53,562 bases of DNA from Candidatus Hydrogenedentota bacterium. Lineage in GTDB: Bacteria; Hydrogenedentota; Hydrogenedentia; Hydrogenedentales; SLHB01. A model generated the notes under the pieces. It searched no databases. It saw nothing but the letters and a program-made list of their open reading frames with translations, and was not told the origin of the DNA. This document shows, piece after piece, positions 18,352-26,746 of the stretch. The position numbers and the translations under genes were made by a program. The DNA lies in NCBI GenBank assembly GCA_029974275.1, contig JARKSN010000328.1, forward strand, positions 1 through 53,562, written 5' to 3'. The number at the start of each line of letters is the position of its first letter. Positions within the stretch are counted from its first letter, which is position 1.

Positions 18352-20430
18352 TTATGCGCTCACCTGTCCTTCGCTTTCTAAACGCGCCGAGGGGTCGATT
18401 TCGTTATACGAGAGAACCACCATACGTGGGAGTTGGCGTTCGACGATCCGCTTGAAAAAGCGCCGCGCCTGGGCCGAAGTCAGCACGACCGCCTCCTGCC
18501 CCGCCATGATCAACGGCTGCACCGCTTGAACGGCGCTCCGTGCAATGGCATCGGCCCGGGCGGGGGCGATGGGCACGAAGGCGGCCGTGTCGCCGGCGCG
18601 CACCGCCTCGAGAATTTCGGATTCCAGTTCCGGCGCAAGCGTCACCACATGGAGCGCGCCTTCGTCGTCTGCGTATTCGGCGGTGATTTGCCGCGCCAAG
18701 GCATGCCGCACGTATTCCGTCAACACGTCCGTGTCGCGCGTGCGCGGCCCGAAATCGGCAAGCGTTTCGAGAATGGTCTCCAAATTGCGGATCGACACGC
18801 GCTCGCGCAGCAGATTCTGCAAAACCTTTTGCACTTCGCCAAGATTGAGAACGCCCGGAATGAGTTCGTCGACGACCGCCCCCGAAGCCGTTTTGGCGTG
18901 GTTCACGAGATTTTGCGCGTCTTGCCGGCTCAGCAGTTCGGCGCTGTGGGCGAGGATGACCTCGGTCAGGTGCGTGGCGAGGACCGCCGACGGTTCGACC
19001 AGCGTGTAGCCAAGCCGCTCGGCGCGGTCGCGGTGCGCGCGGGACACCCAGGTGGCGCTGAGGCCGAACGCGGGTTCGCGCGTGGCGATGCCCTCGATGT
19101 CCTCCTCGGCCAATCCGGGGTTCATGGCCAAAAAATGGTCGGGCATCAGCTCGTAGCGCGCGATTTCGGCCTCGCGGAGCCGGATGCGGTATTCGTTAGG
19201 GCGTAGGCGCATGTTATCGACAATGCGGACGACCGGCACGACAAACCCCATCCGCGAAGCCATTTGTTGCCGGATGATTTGAATGCGCGTCAACACATCG
19301 CCGCCCTGCCGCGAATCGGCCAGGCCGATGAGGCCATAGCCCAATTCAATCTTCAGCGGATCGATGGTCAGCAAATCCTCCGTGCGTTCCGGAGCCTCCT
19401 TCGCCTCGGCTTCTCGCTCGACGGCGCGGGCGGCCTCCTCGGCCACGATCTTGCGCTGGCCCATTTGCCACGCCTGATACGCGAGAACGCCCAATACCAG
19501 CGCGATGATGAGAAAAGAGCCCTGCGGCATGCCGGGCACCAAGGCAAGCATGACAAGCAGGCCCGCCCCAACGGCCAAGGCGCGCGGATAGCGCGTCAAC
19601 TGGGTGGCCACGTCCGCGCCAAGATTTTCCTCGGAAGCCGTGCGCGTGACGATGAGGCCGGCGGCCGTCGAAACGATCAGCGCCGGCACCTGCGAAACCA
19701 AGCCGTCGCCGATGGTGAGGGTGGTGTAGGTGCGCGCCGCGTCGCCGATCTCCATGCCCTTGACCAGCATGCCGATGAAGAACCCCCCCACGATGTTCAC
19801 GAGAGTGATGATGAGGCCGGCAATGGCGTCGCCGCGCACGAACTTCGTCGCGCCGTCCATGGCTCCGTAAAAATCCGCCTCGTGCTCGATCGCCCGGCGG
19901 CGCGCCCGGGCCTGTTCTTCGGTAATGAGGCCCGCGTTGAGATCGGCGTCCACGCCCATCTGCTTTCCGGGCATCGCGTCCAACGTAAAACGCGCGGCGA
20001 CTTCCGAGATGCGCGTCGCGCCCTTGGTGATAACGACAAACTGAATCACGACAAGGATGGTGAAGATGACGATGCCGACGACATAGCTGTCGCCCGTGAC
20101 GAAGCCGCCAAACGCGCGGATGACGTGGCCCGCGTCCGCGTCGCGCAGGATAAGGCGCGTGGCCGCGACGTTCAGGCTCAGCCGAAACAGAGTCAAGAGC
20201 AACAACAGCGAGGGAAACACCGCGAATTCGACCGGCCGCTGCAGATAGATCGTCATCAGCAGCACAATGACCGACACGGAAATGCTGAGCGTCAACAGCA
20301 GATCGAGCATCCAGGTGTAAATCGGGATGATCAACACGCCCAGGATCGCGATGACGCACAGCGCCAACGCGATGTCCTGGTTCTTCGCGAACGACCAGCG
20401 TCCTCGCAATGTTTCCGCGGCTACCGTCAC
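18352..20430 (-). CDS. flhA: Flagellar export apparatus protein FlhA
   Basis: FPSLLLLLTLFRLSLN, EVAARFTLDAMPGKQM, ADFYGAMDGATKFVRGDA, IGDGLVSQVPAL. Confidence 0.97.
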   Translation of the reverse strand: MTVAAETLRGRWSFAKNQDIALALCVIAILGVLIIPIYTWMLDLLLTLSISVSVIVLLMTIYLQRPVEFAVFPSLLLLLTLFRLSLNVAATRLILRDADAGHVIRAFGGFVTGDSYVVGIVIFTILVVIQFVVITKGATRISEVAARFTLDAMPGKQMGVDADLNAGLITEEQARARRRAIEHEADFYGAMDGATKFVRGDAIAGLIITLVNIVGGFFIGMLVKGMEIGDAARTYTTLTIGDGLVSQVPALIVSTAAGLIVTRTASEENLGADVATQLTRYPRALAVGAGLLVMLALVPGMPQGSFLIIALVLGVLAYQAWQMGQRKIVAEEAARAVEREAEAKEAPERTEDLLTIDPLKIELGYGLIGLADSRQGGDVLTRIQIIRQQMASRMGFVVPVVRIVDNMRLRPNEYRIRLREAEIARYELMPDHFLAMNPGLAEEDIEGIATREPAFGLSATWVSRAHRDRAERLGYTLVEPSAVLATHLTEVILAHSAELLSRQDAQNLVNHAKTASGAVVDELIPGVLNLGEVQKVLQNLLRERVSIRNLETILETLADFGPRTRDTDVLTEYVRHALARQITAEYADDEGALHVVTLAPELESEILEAVRAGDTAAFVPIAPARADAIARSAVQAVQPLIMAGQEAVVLTSAQARRFFKRIVERQLPRMVVLSYNEIDPSARLESEGQVSA

Positions 20431-20449
20431 GATCTATGCCTCATGCGCG

Positions 20450-21553
20450 CTATCCCGCTGCGGCGCCGCGAGAACGCTCGCGGACCTTTTCGGCGCGCCG
20501 ATCGATCTGATACACAAACGCCAGCACTTCGGCCACGGCGCGAAACAGCCCCTCCGGAATCGACTGCCCGACCTCGAGCGTGCGGTACAACGTGCGCGCC
20601 AACTCCGGACGCTCGACGATCGGCACGTTGTGCTCCATCGCCGTCTGCCGGATGCGATCGGCCAGCAAGCGCGCGCCCTTCGCAATCACGCGGGGCGCGT
20701 CCATCGCGGCCATGTCATACCGCAACGCCACGGCGTACGTCGTCGGGTTCGTGATGACGACCTCCGCCTTCGGCACTTCCTTCATCATGCGCTGCATGGC
20801 CATTTGACGCTGAATGCCTCGAATGCGCTGCTTGAGGCGCGGATCGCCTTCAAACTGCCGCATTTCCTCGCGCGCCTCCTGAACGGTCATACGCAAGTCC
20901 TGCTCGTGGCGCCAGCGCTGAAACCCATAATCCAAAACGCCCAGCGCCAGCATGGCGATCACGACGCGGAGCCACACCAGAAACACCAGATGCCCCACCG
21001 CCTTCGCAACGCCCCACGGCGACAGCTGACCGAACCACAACAACTCTTCCCAGCGGTCGCGCAAGCTGAGATATACAATGTACGTCACGATCGCCAGCTT
21101 GAGCACGGACTTGACGAGCTCAACGGACGATCGAACCGAAAAAAACTTCCGAAACCCCGAAAAGGGGTTGAGGCGCTCCAACTTGGGCCGAATCGCCTGC
21201 GGCGAAAACAATACGCCCACCTGGGCGACGTTGATGAGCGTTCCCGCGGCCAGCAACATCAACGCAAACGGAAGCATGCATGCCGCAAAACGCCACGCAA
21301 TCTCCGCCGTCAGCGGCTGCGCCGTTTGAAGCAGCACCGTCATGGACCAGGCGTCTCCCAGAAAACGGCGCATGGCTTCGATCATGCCCGTGAACATCGA
21401 CGCGCCCGTCATGCGCAAAATCAACAGCGCGGCCAACAGCGACCACGCCGCGCTGAGGTCCTGGCTCTTCGCGACATTGCCCTCTTCCCGCGCCTTCTGC
21501 CGCTTGTGCGGCGACGCGGGCAGGGAACGTTCTCCCGCGGACTGTTCGGGCAT
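20450..21553 (-). CDS. flhB: Flagellar export substrate-specificity switch protein FlhB
   Basis: KAREEGNVAKSQDL, four TM segments, EGDPRLKQRIR, autocleavage site ITNPT(T)YAVAL. Confidence 0.96.
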   Translation of the reverse strand: MPEQSAGERSLPASPHKRQKAREEGNVAKSQDLSAAWSLLAALLILRMTGASMFTGMIEAMRRFLGDAWSMTVLLQTAQPLTAEIAWRFAACMLPFALMLLAAGTLINVAQVGVLFSPQAIRPKLERLNPFSGFRKFFSVRSSVELVKSVLKLAIVTYIVYLSLRDRWEELLWFGQLSPWGVAKAVGHLVFLVWLRVVIAMLALGVLDYGFQRWRHEQDLRMTVQEAREEMRQFEGDPRLKQRIRGIQRQMAMQRMMKEVPKAEVVITNPTTYAVALRYDMAAMDAPRVIAKGARLLADRIRQTAMEHNVPIVERPELARTLYRTLEVGQSIPEGLFRAVAEVLAFVYQIDRRAEKVRERSRGAAAG

Positions 21554-21593
21554 GCGCCCTCCTGCGCAAACGCAACACTAGCTGCGCCGCGCT

Positions 21594-22373
21594 CTACGAC
21601 ATCGCCTGAACCATGGCGGCCACCTGCCGGAACATCGCGCCGAACAGGCCATCCAACGTCTTGATGTACAGCTCTATCGAAAGACCCGCCATGAGCAAAC
21701 CAATCGCAATCGTCACGGGAAACCCCACGACGAACAAGTTGATCTGAGGAACAACGCGGCCCAGCAGGCCCATCGTCAGGTAGGCCAACAACAACGCCCC
21801 CGCCACCGGCGCGGCCACGAGAATCGAATCGCGAAAGACCGGTCCGGCCCAGGCGCTCACCTCAAAGAACAGCTTGGGCTGCGCGACAAACCCCCCGGGC
21901 GGAATGGAGGCGTAGGTCGAGTTAAGGGCCAACAACATCGTGTGATGGCCATTCAGCGTGAGCAAATACAACGCGGCAATCACGAACAGAAAAAAGCCGA
22001 ACACCGGCACTTGAGTCTCAAGCGATGGATTGAAAACATTCACGACCGCAAACCCCGTCAACATGTCAATGATTTCGCCCGCCACCTGAATCGCCGCAAA
22101 AACCAGCGTCATGACAAACCCGATCATGAGCCCAACCGCCAATTCGCCGAACGCCAACGCCGCGAACGCGATCGGATCGTCCGGCAATGGGTTCTCGAGT
22201 GCAGGAATTCCCGGCAAAACCAGAAATGCCGCCAGCGCCGCCAATCCGATCTTGGCCATGGCCGGAAAATTCGCCGAACCCAAAATGGGCGCGGTCACGA
22301 TCAACCCGCTGAACCGCACCAAGACGAGCAGGAACAATCGGAACGCCTCTACCTCGAATACCAGCATGGTCAT
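21594..22373 (-). CDS. fliR: Flagellar biosynthetic protein FliR
   Basis: Polytopic membrane protein with RFSGLIVTAP, AGEIIDMLTGF, LNGHH, RVVPQINLFVVGFP. Confidence 0.95.
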   Translation of the reverse strand: MTMLVFEVEAFRLFLLVLVRFSGLIVTAPILGSANFPAMAKIGLAALAAFLVLPGIPALENPLPDDPIAFAALAFGELAVGLMIGFVMTLVFAAIQVAGEIIDMLTGFAVVNVFNPSLETQVPVFGFFLFVIAALYLLTLNGHHTMLLALNSTYASIPPGGFVAQPKLFFEVSAWAGPVFRDSILVAAPVAGALLLAYLTMGLLGRVVPQINLFVVGFPVTIAIGLLMAGLSIELYIKTLDGLFGAMFRQVAAMVQAMS

Positions 22374-22639
22374 TTCACCATCGCGTCAAAACCGCCGAAC
22401 AACGGCTGCACGAAACCCAGCAACAAAGACAACATCCACGGGAGAAACAGGATAAACGAGACAATCACCACGATAATCTTGGGCACGAACGTAAGCGTGA
22501 TTTCTTGAATTTGCGTGACGGATTGGAACACGCTGATCACCAAACCCACCAGCATCCCCGACAGCAGCATCGGGGCGGATGCCAAGAGCGTGACTTCAAG
22601 CGCATCACGGCCAAGGAAAATTATTGCGTCCTGCGTCAT
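22370..22639 (-). CDS. fliQ: Flagellar biosynthetic protein FliQ
   Basis: GLVISVFQSVTQIQEITLTFVPK signature in an 89-aa protein. Confidence 0.96.
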   Translation of the reverse strand: MTQDAIIFLGRDALEVTLLASAPMLLSGMLVGLVISVFQSVTQIQEITLTFVPKIIVVIVSFILFLPWMLSLLLGFVQPLFGGFDAMVK

Positions 22640-22701
22640 TTTACCATTATCTCATGTTGCTCTCTTCCGCAACCTAGACCGATACCTCCTCAGCATGCAT
22701 C

Positions 22702-22740
22702 ACGTTACCACAATATATAGAGACTGTCAATGATTAATCA
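22702..22740 (-). promoter_or_regulatory. Putative sigma70 promoter of the fliQ-flhG operon with adjacent palindromic operator
   Basis: Minus strand TTGACA (22730-22725)-N17-TAACGT (22707-22702). A perfect palindrome TGATTAATCA (22731-22740) abuts the -35. Confidence 0.6.
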
Positions 22741-22850
22741 CCATAAGTTGGGTTTTTGCAACCGCCTACGGAAGCTCTGACCCGCGCCGCGCCTGCTGTG
22801 CTGCGAGGCTGAAATTCCAGTGCGCGACCCGGGCGAGGCGAGGCAAGACG

Positions 22851-22859
22851 TGATATAAT
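22851..22859 (+). promoter_or_regulatory. Extended -10 promoter element for the lipoprotein gene
   Basis: TGATATAAT matches TGn-TATAAT, about 60 bp upstream of ATG 22920. Confidence 0.55.
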
Positions 22860-22919
22860 GGATTCCCGATAGGCCATGCCGGGAAAAACCGCAGGGCGAC
22901 GGAGATGAGGGACGGGATC

Positions 22920-23660
22920 ATGCAAAAGGCATTGTTGGCATTTATCGCGGGCGCGGTCGTGTCCGGCTGCGGCGTGGAGGTATTGACGACCACCGCGATC
23001 GTGAGCGATCTGAACAAGACCCAGGCCCAATCCGCGGCAAATCAACTCGCCAAAACGCGGGATTTTTCGTCGAAAGTGAACCTCGAGGGCGCGGTGAAGG
23101 CATATTATGGCGAAAAAGGGGCCTATCCGCCTTCCTTACAGGCGCTCGTCCCGGATTACATTCAGAGCGTTCCGCTGAAACCAGACGGCACGCCTTTCGG
23201 GTATGACCCCGCCACGGGCACGGTGTTGGACCATCCTAGTCCGGCAGCGGATGCGCAAGCGTTGCAGCAGATTCGGGATGCCATTCAGCGATACGGCATG
23301 GCCACAGGCTATTATCCTCCATCGCTCCAAGCCCTTGCGCCAACACACCTTGCCGTCGTCCCGAAAACGTCGGACGGCCAGGATTTTTATTACAACCCCC
23401 TGACGGGCGAATTGCGTCACCCGGGACAGAGCGCGTCGACGGCCTCCTCCCCGTCCGCGCGCCCCTCTCCCGGCGCCCCGGCGACCGGAGGCGGTCCTGT
23501 CGGCGAGGCATTGACCGGGATCGGCATTCAAGGCCAACTCAACAACATGAGCAACGCTGGCGTCTCCGCCGCCGGCTCTCGAATGCGCAGCGGCCTAGGC
23601 GGCGCGCAACAGCAACACGATCAGCAACAGGAAAAGGCTCTTTCCGAGCTTGGTCCATAA
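22920..23660 (+). CDS. Lipoprotein with two tandem pseudopilin(GspG)-head-like repeats
   Basis: Lipobox VVSG-C, followed by the repeats YYGEKGAYPPSLQALVPDYIQSVP..DGTPFGYDPATG and YGMATGYYPPSLQALAPTHLAVVP..DGQDFYYNPLTG. Confidence 0.75.
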   Translation: MQKALLAFIAGAVVSGCGVEVLTTTAIVSDLNKTQAQSAANQLAKTRDFSSKVNLEGAVKAYYGEKGAYPPSLQALVPDYIQSVPLKPDGTPFGYDPATGTVLDHPSPAADAQALQQIRDAIQRYGMATGYYPPSLQALAPTHLAVVPKTSDGQDFYYNPLTGELRHPGQSASTASSPSARPSPGAPATGGGPVGEALTGIGIQGQLNNMSNAGVSAAGSRMRSGLGGAQQQHDQQQEKALSELGP

Positions 23661-23923
23661 CGGATCGCCTCCCCCAAGATCGATCGCGCCGCGCCTCTCG
23701 AACGCCCGGGAAATGCCGGCGTTTTGCGTGAAATGGCGTTGCCCGCACGTACGAGCGGACGGGCGTCCGTTTTTTTGCGCAAACTTCCCTTTCAGCCAGC
23801 GTCCGCGCATGTTGACCCTGCCCTCTTGAAACGAATAGAGTTCCCGAATGCGCCCTGAGCAGCGGCGCCTTGCGTTTGTTGGCGCCAGCCAGGCGCTTTG
23901 GACCGGAAAGGAAACGCGCACAC

Positions 23924-26746
23924 ATGGCACGCGATACGTCGAAGAAGAGGCCGCAGTATGAGATGCATGTAATCTCGAACACGCACTGGGACCGCGAGTG
24001 GCGGCGACCGTATCAACACACGCGGATGATGCTGGTGGATGTCATGGACACGCTCCTCGACATTCTCGACAAGCACCCGGAGTACCGGTGCTATCACCTC
24101 GATTCGCAGACCGTGGTGCTCGACGACTATCTCGAAATCCGCCCGGAGAACCGCAAGAAGATCGAGCAGTACGTGAAGAAAGGCCGCATCCTTGTCGGGC
24201 CGTGGTACTCCGCGCCCGACATGAACGCGATCAGTGGCGAATCCATCGTGCGCAATCTGCTGCTCGGTCACAAGATGGCGCGTGCGTTCGGCGGCGTGAT
24301 GAAAGCGGGCTACACGCCGTTCTCGTTTGGGCATACGGAACAGCTCCCACAGATTTACGCGGGCTTCGGCATCGACACGTGCCTGTTTTACCGCGGCGTG
24401 GGGCGTGACCGGGCAAGAGCAGAGTTCTGGTGGGAGTCGCCGGACGGCACGCGCGCGTTGTGTTCGCAGTTCAGCAAACGCGGGCGCTACAACTTCTACT
24501 TCCACGTTTATCGGCCTGCCGTTGACGGACGTCCGCACAACCGCGTCGTGATGGATTGGGATGAGATCGGCCTGCCGGTCCGCTGTTCCGATCTGCCAAA
24601 TCAGTACGAGGCTGTCTACGCGATGAAGCACAAGAGCCTCTTCCGGAAAGAGAACATCGGCCCTGGCATTCGTGCGTTGCTTGAAGAAGACAAGGATGAA
24701 TTCACGACGCCGTATCTACTGCTCATGCAGGGCTGCGACACGACCGCGCCGAACCCCGACGAGCCGCGCATCATCGCCGAGGCGGACCGCGCGTTGAAAG
24801 AAGGTCGCGTGTTCCACAGCACGTTGCCGGACTACCTCGACAAACTGCGCAAGGCGGTGAAGGACCTGCCCGTGTTGCGCGGCGAGATGCGCGTGCCCGC
24901 GAAGAACCCGGGATCGTCGATGGTGATGGGCGACGGCATCTCCGCGCGCATGTATCTCAAACAGGCCAACGCCTACGCGACGACCGCGCTCGAAAAATGG
25001 GCGGAACCGATGGCGGCGATCAATTGGGTCATGGGGGCGGCGCATCCGCTGCCGTTCCTGGAACTCGCGTGGAAATACCTGTTCCAGAACCACGCGCACG
25101 ACAGCATCATGTCGTGTTCGGTGGACGAAGTGCACGAGGACATGATGTTCCGTTTCGAGCAAGCGCGCGAGATCGCCGAGGAAGTCGCGCGGCGGAGTTT
25201 GTCCGACATCACGCGCTTCATCGACACGCGCCATTTGAAACAAGATGGCAGCGTCGTGACCGTGTGGAACAGCCTGACGCATAAGCGATCGGCGGTGACT
25301 GCGGTCACGATCGATTTCCCGCAGGACCGCACGCCCGAGTCGTTTGGCTTGCGCGACCCACAGGGGAAAGAAGTGCCCGTCCAAATCGCGTCGACACGTC
25401 CGCTCGTGGCGAGTGTGCAACTGCGCACCGACTGGCCGCAGATATCGAACGTGAACCGCGTCACGGCGCATGTCCTCGCGGAAGACTTGCCCGGTGTCGG
25501 CTACAAAGCCTTCACCGTCGTGCCGAAAAAGGCCGCCAAATCCAAGGGAAAATCGCTGGTTACCGGCAAGAACGCCATGGAAAACGAACACGTCCGCGTG
25601 ACGATCAATCGCAACGGCAGTTTCGACATCGTGCACAAGCCCACGCGCGCGACCTACTCCGGACTGAATGTTTTTGAAGACGGCGGGAGCGCGGGGATCC
25701 CGTGGACCTACGAGCCGCCGAAGAAAGACAACGTCATCACGTCGTTGAAACAACGCGCGGATATCGTCGTCGAGACCGAAGGCCCGCTCGTGGCGACCTA
25801 TCGCGTTTCCATGACTCTGATGGTCCCCGTCGCAACGAACGCCGACGCGCGCTCGACGGAACTCGGCCCGCTCGAGATCGTCACGCGCGTCACAGTGCGC
25901 AAAGGCTGTCCGTATGTCGAGGTCGCAACGACCGTGAACAACACCGTGCGCGATCATCGCCTGCGCGCATTGTTTCCGACAAACATCAAGACCGACGTTG
26001 CATACGCGGATCGCGCGTTCGACGTGCTTGAGCGTCCGATTCCGTTGCCTGACTCCACCGGCTGGGCCGAAGCTGCGCGCGGCACGGCGCCGCAATTATC
26101 GTTCCTGGACGTGAACGACGGGCGCAAGGGCCTAGCCGTGTTGGTCGATGGGTTGCCGGAGGGCGATCCGATCGACGATGACGCGCGTACGATCGCGATT
26201 ACGTTGTTGCGCACGTTACCGCAGGTGCACGAGGGCTACGCGTTCCCGCCACCCAAGCGCGAAGGGCTCGAGTGCCTCGGCACGCACACCTTCCGCTACG
26301 CCGTGTATCCGCACGCGGGCAGTTGGGGCGAGGGCAAGGTCTGCGAATGCGCCGCGAACTTCACGACGCCGCTGCGCGCGATGCAATCGGGCCGCAACGA
26401 GGGCACGCTGCCGCTGGAGACAGGCTTCCTCGAACTCACGCCCGGCGCGCTTGTGCTCAGCGGCGTGAAGAAGGCCGAGAACCGCGACAGCATCATCATC
26501 CGTTTCTACAACCCGACGAACCGCGTGGCGACCGGCCAGACTCTGCGCACCCATTGGCCCATCGCGCAAGCCTTCGAGGTCAATCTCGAAGAAGAACGCG
26601 TGCAGAAGATGACGCTGAAGGGCAAGAACGCCGTCGCGTTGCGCGTGGCGAAGAAGAAGATTTGCAGTATCGAACTTGCGCTGAAAAGATACGCCTCGCG
26701 AATTCGACGCTTCCCCGCTATCGAAGCAGTCCCAGCGCGGCGTTGA
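23924..26746 (+). CDS. GH38-family alpha-mannosidase-like glycoside hydrolase (cytoplasmic, non-canonical nucleophile)
   Basis: HVISNTHWDREW, LDSQT, VGPWY, SGESIVRNL, QNHAHDSI, DHRLRALFP, LSGVKKAE. Start at ATG 23924 after GGAAAGGAA. Confidence 0.9.
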   Translation: MARDTSKKRPQYEMHVISNTHWDREWRRPYQHTRMMLVDVMDTLLDILDKHPEYRCYHLDSQTVVLDDYLEIRPENRKKIEQYVKKGRILVGPWYSAPDMNAISGESIVRNLLLGHKMARAFGGVMKAGYTPFSFGHTEQLPQIYAGFGIDTCLFYRGVGRDRARAEFWWESPDGTRALCSQFSKRGRYNFYFHVYRPAVDGRPHNRVVMDWDEIGLPVRCSDLPNQYEAVYAMKHKSLFRKENIGPGIRALLEEDKDEFTTPYLLLMQGCDTTAPNPDEPRIIAEADRALKEGRVFHSTLPDYLDKLRKAVKDLPVLRGEMRVPAKNPGSSMVMGDGISARMYLKQANAYATTALEKWAEPMAAINWVMGAAHPLPFLELAWKYLFQNHAHDSIMSCSVDEVHEDMMFRFEQAREIAEEVARRSLSDITRFIDTRHLKQDGSVVTVWNSLTHKRSAVTAVTIDFPQDRTPESFGLRDPQGKEVPVQIASTRPLVASVQLRTDWPQISNVNRVTAHVLAEDLPGVGYKAFTVVPKKAAKSKGKSLVTGKNAMENEHVRVTINRNGSFDIVHKPTRATYSGLNVFEDGGSAGIPWTYEPPKKDNVITSLKQRADIVVETEGPLVATYRVSMTLMVPVATNADARSTELGPLEIVTRVTVRKGCPYVEVATTVNNTVRDHRLRALFPTNIKTDVAYADRAFDVLERPIPLPDSTGWAEAARGTAPQLSFLDVNDGRKGLAVLVDGLPEGDPIDDDARTIAITLLRTLPQVHEGYAFPPPKREGLECLGTHTFRYAVYPHAGSWGEGKVCECAANFTTPLRAMQSGRNEGTLPLETGFLELTPGALVLSGVKKAENRDSIIIRFYNPTNRVATGQTLRTHWPIAQAFEVNLEEERVQKMTLKGKNAVALRVAKKKICSIELALKRYASRIRRFPAIEAVPARR

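Noticed and set aside
16079..22639. Non-flagellar type III secretion system
   Set aside because: The presence of flhF and flhG and the flagellar gene order identify this as the flagellar export apparatus.
22652..22696. Arg-rich 14-codon uORF (MLRRYRSRLRKRAT) in the fliQ leader
   Set aside because: Too short to distinguish from chance, with no attenuator structure seen and no conservation data.
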